Source: Tetramitus jugosus
Lineage: Eukaryota; Protista; Heterolobosea
Direction: 5' to 3'
DNA: 64,000 nt
NCBI GenBank assembly: GCA_937625935.1
Contig: OW569374.1
Coordinates: forward strand, 372,001-436,000
A program made the position numbers and the translations under genes. Below, piece after piece: positions 31,699-40,566 of this stretch. The notes under the pieces are model-generated. The model saw only the letters and a program-made list of their open reading frames with translations, did no database searches and was not told where the DNA came from. Within the stretch, counting starts at the first letter, position 1. Every line of letters begins with the position of its first letter.

Positions 31699-32877
31699 AT
31701 GGGCTTTTTAGACAAACTTTTCAAGCGTAAACAAAAAGACGAGTGTGACTTTGAGATTGACGAGAGTGTTACATGTGAAATTTCAACACCATTCGGTTTC
31801 CAACACAATGTCCACGTCGATTACAACTCTGACACTGGTTTCAGTGGACTGCCAAGTGAATGGGAAGGTATGCTCAAGGGTATTATCACAAAGCAGGAAG
31901 TCTTGGAGAATCCTGATGATGTTCTCGGTGCGCTCAAGATTGTGGCCAACAATGGTGCTGCACTAGGTGGCAACGGTGGCAATCAAATGAAGCCAATTGT
32001 CGACAGTTCTGGCAAAAAAAAGAGATTGGGTGATTTTTTGAATCCGGAGGATCCAAACAAGGTGTTTGGAAAATTGGTCAAATTGGACGAGGGTAGCAGC
32101 GGTACCGTCTACAAGGGAGTCAACAGCAAGACTGGTCAAAAAGTGGCCATCAAGATTATTCAAATCAAGGCCGACACAAAACTGGACACTCTAGAGAATG
32201 AAATTGCAATGATGGAGAGTTGCAGACACGAGAATATTATAGAGTACATGGGTGCTTATTCCAACTCTCAAGACTTGTGGATCGTCATGGAGTACATGAG
32301 TGGTGGAAAGTTGACTGATTTGTTGCTCAATACTCACTTTTCTGAGCCAGAGATTGCCGCAGTGTGCAAGTACTGTCTCATTGCTCTCAAGTACTTGCAT
32401 GATGGACAACGTATTCATCGTGATATCAAGTCTGACAATGTGTTGTTGGGTGCTGATGGTACTGTGAAGCTTGCTGATTTTGGTTTCTGTGCTGAATTGT
32501 CATCCACTGCTGACAAGAGAAGATCTGTTGTTGGTACGCCTTACTGGATGGCCCCTGAGGTCATTAGAGGTGTTGATTATGACACAAAGGTTGATATCTG
32601 GTCATTGGGTATCATGGCGCTTGAGATGGCTGATGGTGAACCACCACTGTTGGATTTGCCTCCACTGAGAGCTCTGTTCATTATTGCGACTCAACCACCT
32701 CCATCATTGAGAGAGCCAGAAAAGTGGAGCTCAACATTCAAGGACTTTTTGGCTGCTGCTTTGGCCAAGAGTCCACAAAAGAGAGCTTCTGCTGACGAAC
32801 TATTGGAACATCCATTTATTCAAAAGGCTTGCGATACCAAGTTCTTGGTTGATTTGTTGAAAAAGTACAAGAAGTAA
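31699..32877 (+). CDS. p21-activated (PAK/STE20) kinase with CRIB domain, 392 aa
   Basis: EISTPFGFQHNVHV (CRIB), VAIK, HRDIKSDN, DFG, RRSVVGTPYWMAPE; ATG at 31699 (MGFLDKLFKRK). Confidence 0.95.
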   Translation: MGFLDKLFKRKQKDECDFEIDESVTCEISTPFGFQHNVHVDYNSDTGFSGLPSEWEGMLKGIITKQEVLENPDDVLGALKIVANNGAALGGNGGNQMKPIVDSSGKKKRLGDFLNPEDPNKVFGKLVKLDEGSSGTVYKGVNSKTGQKVAIKIIQIKADTKLDTLENEIAMMESCRHENIIEYMGAYSNSQDLWIVMEYMSGGKLTDLLLNTHFSEPEIAAVCKYCLIALKYLHDGQRIHRDIKSDNVLLGADGTVKLADFGFCAELSSTADKRRSVVGTPYWMAPEVIRGVDYDTKVDIWSLGIMALEMADGEPPLLDLPPLRALFIIATQPPPSLREPEKWSSTFKDFLAAALAKSPQKRASADELLEHPFIQKACDTKFLVDLLKKYKK

Positions 32878-33265
32878 GGGCTAGCCAAACACCCCTAACT
32901 AGTTTTTTTTGACTCTACCTCTACTCTCCCCCCCCTATGCATTGTGTGGATTGTGAATTGGTTTCAAGCACACAAGTTTGATATCCCCATCGTTCCTTCC
33001 CTCATTATTATCTAACGAGCCAACAAACAAATATTTATGATCATCAAAATCCTTGAATACGAATGTACAATAAAACCGAATCGATTAGTCAATCTTTTGA
33101 CGGACCTGTCTTTGCCTCTTCTGGAGGTGTATGACGCCGCCGTTGGCTCAAGCTTCCAATCTGGAGTTCACAGAACTCAGGAAACACACACAAAATACGC
33201 ATTACACAATAGATTATCTTTTTTGTTGTTGCATGTTTGCATATTGTTGAGTGAAGAAGACAAGA

Positions 33266-34573
33266 ATGGAAAAAACAAGTATCAATTCAACCAATGTTGG
33301 TTGTTTGAATGAGCAATGCAGTAGTGGAGAAGAGATGACAACAGAGAAGAGGAACGGCAGTGGATTGAGAGCTTTGATATCGAGAGTCATTCGGATTTTG
33401 TCATGGATATTTACGAGTCAAGTGTTTATTCATCTGTTGTTGCTTGGAAAGCAAGCAATATTGGCTGCATTTGGCTTAATTGGTCCCATCTCTCTAAAGC
33501 ACATTGATCCATTTGTTTTTGCATGTGGTAGAATCTTTCTCATTTGTCTGACTGCTCCCATTCTGGCTGTCCTCTTTGATAGTCACTGGTGGTTCAAGAA
33601 ATCATCGTACAACAAAGCCAGAGCTGTCGAGGAGGATGACAGAGATTGTCTGTGGCCATTTTCACTCATTCGGATACCAGAGTGGCAGGACAGTATTCTG
33701 CTGTTGATTTGTGGCGCGCTGATGACGTGGAGTTCATTTAGTTATGTGTTGGCGGTGAAGTGGACACCGTTTACGATTGTAGCGATCTTACAGCCTACCA
33801 TGTCTGCATTTGCTTGTACATTCTCAGTTCTACTAGGTCGAGAGGGAATATCTATACCCAAGGCACTGGGTGTTGTACTGGCCGTAGCTGGATCCATTGG
33901 TACTCTTCTGACTGTGACATTAGTGGATAAGAATAATTCTCACAAGAATCCAGGTCAATACTCCATGGCTCAAAAGGTCATTGGAGCACTTCTTGAATTG
34001 TCGAATTCCATTGTTCTCGCTCTGTATTTAGTGATACAGAAGACTCTTCTCAATAGAGGGATGCCTCCCGTAACATTTGTTTCATGGGCCTTCGCGATTA
34101 CATTTGGTTTCTCGATCATGGGTTCCGCTTACTTCTTCCGGTTTGTCTCATTTAGTACGATTCCATTACAAGCATGGCTCGGATTACTGTATGGTGGCTT
34201 AATAATTGGAACATTATCGTATGTTATAGGATCCTTTGCGTCCAAGCATACATCTCCGACAATTGTTGCCATTTATACCACTACAGCTCCGATTTACAGT
34301 GCTGTTTTTATGTATGTTTTCCGTGGGGAGACCACTACCTGGTGGACTGTACCAAGTGGGATTGCAATTGGAGTAGGTGTGATTCTTGTTGCAGTTGGTA
34401 AACAAAGAGAGAATGCAAAGGAGAAGAAGAAAGCCATTCTAAAGACAGAAGACAGTGAATCCGCGCAAGAAGAAAGCACAGAGGAACAAAGACTTTTAGA
34501 TCCGGACAACAATATCCAGAATTACAGAGCAGAGACTACTGATACCTTTGGAGATGCAGAGAAGCACACTTGA
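33266..34573 (+). CDS. EamA/DMT superfamily transporter
   Basis: About 10 TM segments in two repeats; IDPFVFACGRI, LLGREGISIPKALGV, FRGE motifs. Start could instead be 33335. Confidence 0.85.
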   Translation: MEKTSINSTNVGCLNEQCSSGEEMTTEKRNGSGLRALISRVIRILSWIFTSQVFIHLLLLGKQAILAAFGLIGPISLKHIDPFVFACGRIFLICLTAPILAVLFDSHWWFKKSSYNKARAVEEDDRDCLWPFSLIRIPEWQDSILLLICGALMTWSSFSYVLAVKWTPFTIVAILQPTMSAFACTFSVLLGREGISIPKALGVVLAVAGSIGTLLTVTLVDKNNSHKNPGQYSMAQKVIGALLELSNSIVLALYLVIQKTLLNRGMPPVTFVSWAFAITFGFSIMGSAYFFRFVSFSTIPLQAWLGLLYGGLIIGTLSYVIGSFASKHTSPTIVAIYTTTAPIYSAVFMYVFRGETTTWWTVPSGIAIGVGVILVAVGKQRENAKEKKKAILKTEDSESAQEESTEEQRLLDPDNNIQNYRAETTDTFGDAEKHT

Positions 34574-34628
34574 ACTAAAAAGTTTTACCCGCCATTTTCC
34601 TTACAACAGATTCTGACAGCTGTCAAGT

Positions 34629-35399
34629 TTATTCTAACTTGGGAGTTTCTGTTTGCTCCAGTTGATCGTTTTCTTCTTTTCTTCTCTTCTTATCTGGGGA
34701 CGCCAACTCAAACACTTCTTCTTCAGTTTCTTCTCTAGCTCTCTTCTTTTCTGGAGACAATGAAGTGCTACTCTGAGAAGTCTCTTCTTCCTTATTCTTA
34801 TGACTCTTGTTAACACGCTTCTTGTGAAACTGAGCCAACGCCTCACTCAATTTCCCTCTAATGTACTTTATCTCTCTGTCTCTAAAAAAGTAAAACTCAT
34901 TCTTGGCTGCACTACAAATGCTCTCTATCTGAGTTTCCGGTAATGGCTTGCGATCCGATGGCTTCTTACCAGGTATGCAATACGAGTACACATTGGGCTC
35001 AAACTCTAACTCTTGAGCAATCACAGAGAGCATCGTAGACAAGATGACACTGGCTTGATTAGACCTTAGCTTCTTGTCTTGTTCACTTGTTACAACATAA
35101 AACTTGTTGTTATATGTGAAGCCTGTTTTGGGTAATGATGATATCGATGAAGTGAAATCATAACCGGACTCACCAACAACAGAAGCCGCAGCAACATCTT
35201 TTTCATCGTCGAACAAGAGCCTTTTGGCCTTGTCAGCTTCACGCCTCAAGTTTCCAAAGTGATCATTGATGAAAGCTCGATGTCGTATGACAAGGGTCCT
35301 TAATTGGTTGTTCTCTTGTTCTAGGGCCGTGATTCGTTCGTAAGCTTTTTCTAGATCACTGTTTGCCCAGACTTCGACTTCCGTTGTTTGCAATGTCAT
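34629..35399 (-). CDS. Nuclear protein: coiled coil + possible BEN-like domain + basic NLS tail
   Basis: LEKAYERITALEQENNQLR coil; helical domain with GKKPSDRKPLPETQIESI; SPEKKRAR and SPDKKRRK. Confidence 0.6.
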   Translation of the reverse strand: MTLQTTEVEVWANSDLEKAYERITALEQENNQLRTLVIRHRAFINDHFGNLRREADKAKRLLFDDEKDVAAASVVGESGYDFTSSISSLPKTGFTYNNKFYVVTSEQDKKLRSNQASVILSTMLSVIAQELEFEPNVYSYCIPGKKPSDRKPLPETQIESICSAAKNEFYFFRDREIKYIRGKLSEALAQFHKKRVNKSHKNKEEETSQSSTSLSPEKKRAREETEEEVFELASPDKKRRKEENDQLEQTETPKLE

Positions 35400-35769
35400 T
35401 GACACTCGTTTTTGTGAAAAAACCCGTGTGAAATTTCTCCGAAGACTGGTGAAAAGATGGACCTGTTGTTTCTCAGAGATTAGGCTCGCCCATATGCGTG
35501 TATTGAACACAGCACAAGTAGTGGTATATACCTAACGAGGTTAGAAGGCACTCAAATTCAATTGGTTGACGGCAAAAGGAAATACATTACGGTGAAATCT
35601 TTTTGTTCTTGCTGCTGCGCACTTGGACAATTGACACGCGGTCAACGAACCAAAGCCGTCTGGCTTTTTCGAAATTAGAAAAAGAACCGACATGTATCGG
35701 GAAAAAACCGAAAAGAAGAAGCAAAGCAATCAAGCGACCCAAGCATAGCTACAGCACAAGCCAACAAAC

Positions 35770-37122
35770 ATGAGTCTCAGCGATTACAAGTTCCGTATCG
35801 AAGCCATTTATGACAACTTGGATGCAAGAGCAGCCTTCCTCGATTACCTCAAGGGTTCCAGCACAGCAGAGCCATTACAACTGTTTATCGCAGCAGACGA
35901 GTATTATCAACTGAGATTGGACAAGAATCGATACCAGAAAGCCAAGGAAATCATGTCTCAGTTTATCGTACCGAATGCACCCAATGAGCTAAACCTTGCC
36001 GGCACCATACGAAAACAAGTCATGGAGCAATTTGCGCTGATTGAGCAACAGCATCAAGCACAGTTGCACAAGGGAGAAGAAGAAGACTTGGTGTGCCCGA
36101 GAAATTTGTTTGAAGTCGTGCAGGACAATTGTTTTTTCGAGTTGAAAGAAGACAGCTTTCCAAGGTTTATCAAATCGGATCATTTTCAAAAATTGGTGGC
36201 TCGAGAGCAGAAGAAGGATGTTGGTTTCTTGTCAAAGATTGGAGCGAGGAGGTCCATGATATTGAGCAATGGTTTGCACAATCAGAGTTTTGTTGGTGTC
36301 GATGACCATAGTGTGTTAATGTTGTGTGACAGTGAGAACAATATTTCAGAGTATGATGTACAGATGGCACTGAAGCTGGTAGGTGAAGTGGACGATAGAA
36401 TCTGGGAACCCGTCAAGGGTGAGAATGATCGGCAAATGTACTGTACCAAAGATTTGGTACATTTTCAAACAGATCCAAACTCTACGACCAAGGCTATTAG
36501 AACAGAAGTATTACTGCAAGCTGATTTATCCACTGTCGTATACTACTTTATGGACACTAGTGGGGGTAGATCGATTGATAAGTTTGTGGGCGCTGCTCAT
36601 CTTGTGGAGTACAGAGAGGAGTACAATAATGAAAAGATTCCTTATGCTTGTTCAATCACATTGAGCAATGCCAAGTTTCCCTTGATTGCATCCAGAGAAA
36701 TATTAACAGCTGCTACTTGGATACCAAGAAAATACAATGCAGAGAGAAAGGATTTTGATCAGTATCTGTTTATAACCAAGTCGGTCGATCATCCAGACCA
36801 TCCTCCTCCAAAGGGAAAGCGTAGTTTAAGTACTGTTAGAGCTGATATGTATCGTGTTCAAATGTTTGAAAGAATCGCTCCCAATATTACTCGGATGACA
36901 TTAGTATTCGCAATGAACCCTCGAGGATTCATCAGTAGGAAAATTCTGGTGAAGATTGTAGCAAAGCAACGAAAGGGTATCATTGAGGCAATGTCTCACG
37001 ATCTCAATGAGAAAAAGAAGAATATTAGGGTGCCCATCAACTCGAACGGCATGGTGGATGCAATCAAATCATACATCTCGAGAAACAGAGAAGAGTTCAA
37101 AGAGGGAACTCCTTTCGATTAG
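35770..37122 (+). CDS. RGS + START domain protein
   Basis: RGS: AFLDYLK...EPLQLF...FIVPNAPNELNL...LKEDSFPRFIKSDHF. START: FPLIASRE, KSVDHPDHPP, VRAD, NPRGFI. Confidence 0.88.
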   Translation: MSLSDYKFRIEAIYDNLDARAAFLDYLKGSSTAEPLQLFIAADEYYQLRLDKNRYQKAKEIMSQFIVPNAPNELNLAGTIRKQVMEQFALIEQQHQAQLHKGEEEDLVCPRNLFEVVQDNCFFELKEDSFPRFIKSDHFQKLVAREQKKDVGFLSKIGARRSMILSNGLHNQSFVGVDDHSVLMLCDSENNISEYDVQMALKLVGEVDDRIWEPVKGENDRQMYCTKDLVHFQTDPNSTTKAIRTEVLLQADLSTVVYYFMDTSGGRSIDKFVGAAHLVEYREEYNNEKIPYACSITLSNAKFPLIASREILTAATWIPRKYNAERKDFDQYLFITKSVDHPDHPPPKGKRSLSTVRADMYRVQMFERIAPNITRMTLVFAMNPRGFISRKILVKIVAKQRKGIIEAMSHDLNEKKKNIRVPINSNGMVDAIKSYISRNREEFKEGTPFD

Positions 37123-37414
37123 GAAATAAAAACAATTATTACATGTTTTCCAAGGTATTTATGTCATAATAGCCTATGCACGGACATAGTCAATGTAGCC
37201 ATTGTATTTCCTCTGGCAATACGTCACCTGACCGTTTTGTTCGGAATTTCAACGGCCTTACAAAAAAAATCGCCAAGAAATTTCTATTTTTTGGCAAAGA
37301 GGGAGAAAACAATCTGATCGGGAAGACTCTTCAAGCTTTCACCGACGACAAACAAGCCGATACCAAACCACAAAACAACAAGTAGAAATACATACGTTTT
37401 TTGTTTCTCAGAGA

Positions 37415-39689
37415 ATGTCGTCGTCCAGTGAACCAGATCGCAGTGAGAACAACAATGAAAACAATGTTGATCAATTATCTATTGACAACTATGCAGTGAT
37501 TGGCAACATGAGAACAAGTTGTCTCGTTGGAACAGATGGCTCTATTGATTGGTGCTGTTTCCCATATTTCAGCAGTCCAGCAGTCTTTGCCAAGATTTTG
37601 GACGTTGATAAGGGAGGATATTTCAGTGTGAGACCTCAATCACCTGATTATATTCCAAAGCAACATTATTGGTAAGTTTTTTTAGATGATTGTGAAGTAG
37701 TGACTGTGATCCTTGTCGTCCTTTCCAGTGGAGAGCTGTAGGCAGGATATTTTGGCGCCCAAAATTTTTTTGTCATCTTTACAATGTCAATATTCATGAT
37801 TTAAGCTTCGACAGCTAACACATCTCGCATAACAATTTAGGCCAGATTCCAATGTGTTGGTTACAAAGTTCCTAATGGACGAAGGTGTTGGTCAAGTGGT
37901 TGATTTCATGCCAGTGAGTCAAGGTAAATCTGCTTCTTCTGCAGCAGTGGCAACTCCAAAGACTCCTACGTCACCAATGTCACAGCCTCTAAGCAGCTCT
38001 AGTTCCTTTGCCGGTGCCAAGAGAGACACGAGAGATCCAAGTGCTGATTTCACTGATACGATTGTGAGAAGAATCGAAGTCGTTCATGGTGTTCTTCATT
38101 TCACAATGGAGTGTTTCCCTGCTTTCAACTATGCATTGGACAGTCACAGTGTCAAGGTAAATGAAAGTGGAACAAGAGCCATCTTCAAATCTGGAAAATT
38201 GACATTGGAGCTCCAGTGTTCTTTGCCATGTCTCAAGATTTGCGACAGTGGCGTCGTTGGAAACTTTTATCTCAATTCAAATGAACCAGATCAAAAGATT
38301 TGCATGTTCATTTTGAAGCAAGTGAATACTGCGGACAGCGATGAGTCGTTGAATGATGAGGACATTGAGAGTGAACAAAATGTAGTGTATTTTGCTGATA
38401 ATGCACTGATTGATACCATTTCATTCTGGCAGAACTGGGTCAGCAAGATCTCCTACCAGGGCAGATATAGAGAGAAGGTGTGTCGATCTGCATTAGCCAT
38501 GAAACTAATGATGTTTGAGCCTACAGGAGCCATTATTTCTTCACCTACGACCTCTCTGCCTAAAGTAATTGGTGGTCACAGAAACTATGATTATCGATTC
38601 ACATGGATTCGTGATGCTTGCTTTGCAATTGAAGCCTTCTTGAAATTGGGATGCTACACTGAAGCAACTCAGATTATGCAGTTTATTAAAAACGCTTGGA
38701 CTGCACAATCTTCCACCGCCAATACTACTACGGCGGCAGTGAAGGATGACAATAGTCACACTGCTCTATCATTGGGTGCTCCTCTGAGCGTCATGTACAA
38801 TATCAATGGAACTACAAAGTCTGTAGAGGAACAAGCCGAGCGATTGGATCACTTGAGAGGATACAAGAACTCGAGACCTGTTCGTGTGGGTAACGCAGCC
38901 AGTACTCACTTGGAGTTTGATATATTTGGTGAATTGTTGGATGTTATGTACAAGTATGACCAACAAGCAGCTCCAATATCTTATGAGCTTTGGAGACGAT
39001 TGAGAGAGACTGTGGATTGGGTGTGTGAGCACTGGTCGAAGCCTGACGCTTCTATTTGGGAAATTAGAGGTGTAAATCAACACTATGTCCACTCAAAGGT
39101 TATGTGTTGGGTTGCTATTGATCGTGCGATCAAGTTGTCCATTCATAGATCATTTCCATGTGACAGAGAGAGATGGTTAGGTGTGAGAGATGAGATCTTT
39201 GAAGATGTGATGAAGAATGGTTGGAACGAAGAGGTAGGCAGCTTTGTTCAGTGTTATGGAAGCAAGACACTGGATGTCAGTCTTTTGATTCTTCCAGTTG
39301 TTGATTTCTTGTCACCACATGATCCAAAGATCATTTCCACCATCAACGCAATCAACAGATCTCCAAAGAGAGGTGGTTTGGTCTCCTCCAATCTCGTGTA
39401 CCGTTACGACACCTCTTCTCTCGGAAGCCATGAGGGTACTAGAGAAGGTACCTTTAATATGTGTTCCATGTGGCTCATCAATGCACTAACACTAGCTGGA
39501 AAGACAGACAGTGCAATGCTTCACCAGGCACAGCTACTGTTTGAGCAAATGTTGACGTACAGCAACAGAGTGGGTCTCTTTTCAGAACAGACTTCTTTTG
39601 GTGGTGCGTCCTTGGGTAACTTCCCTCATTGCAATACCCATGCTTCTCTGATTAATACTGCCATTTCATTGAATGACATGCTGGGTTAA
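37415..39689 (+). CDS. Glycoside hydrolase family 15 (bacterial-type glucoamylase/trehalase-like); join(37415..37671,37841..39689)
   Basis: IDNYAVIGNMRTSCLVGTDGSIDWCCFP, PTTSLP, RNYDYRFTWIRD, VRVGNAA, IWEIRG, HSKVMCWVAIDR, LFSEQ, LGNFP. Intron 37672-37840 (GTAAGT...GCTAAC...TAG) restores QHYW/PDSNVLVTKF. Confidence 0.93.
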
Positions 39690-39897
39690 CTCAAATAAAT
39701 TATTGTCACTACCATCAATACAACTTGCTCATCACAATTCTTGACAGTGCTTGCCTTCTTCAGACTAGGCAGAGAGAATATGACAAAAATTACATCCGCG
39801 ACAGAGTTGATATATGTCTTGTGTGCTGCCTTGATCCAGTACCTCTTGGTTGAGCAAGAAAACGAAAACACAGTGTGAAGCGAAGGTCATCAACTGT

Positions 39898-40257
39898 TCA
39901 CATCAACAAAAGAGAAACAGAAGCAATACGAGCCTCATTGAGACATAATGTACAGATAACCAGGGCCAATGTAAATGAAAGACAGTTGGTTGTATAAAAA
40001 AAACAATTTGTCGGACCTTTCTTTGTAATAATGACTTGATTTCTGATGTCCCTTGAAAACAAGATACACTTGCCATGGTTGTTGCCAGTGCATGTATGTG
40101 CGTTTCTGCGCATGTAAAATCCGATGAGAGCGCATCTCGCCAGAGTGTCATGAAACTCCACATGTAGATTCTGTCCGCTGAGTGCACTGGTTTCTATGTA
40201 CATACAGTTGCGGTGTTTTGCCATGCATTCTCCCTCTTCGTGCGTGACCATATCCAA
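39898..40257 (-). pseudogene. Ras/Rab small-GTPase C-terminal remnant
   Basis: VTHEEGECMAKHRNCMYIETSALSGQNL (G5 ETSA motif); no G1, G3 or G4 motifs found upstream. Confidence 0.55.
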
Positions 40258-40566
40258 AACATTCGATAACGGATGAGAGAGCCTGTTTGGTAGTAGTCAA
40301 CAATGAATATGTTTGGAGTACTTGGTCAAAGCTTTGGAAACAAGTAATCTAACTTGTTCTCAGATGTTACCTTCTCATTATTAGCGGTTGGGTTAGGTTT
40401 AACGCTTTTTCTATCTTGTAGGAGGATGCTCCTTTTCCGTTATGGGATTGCGGCATGGTCGAAAATAGTAGACTTAAATCTGTGGACATTTTCTTTGGGA
40501 TTTCAAGGTTGACAACTTATTGGTAATATCGAGCAGCGGTGGACCATGATGTCGATTTGTTTCTGC

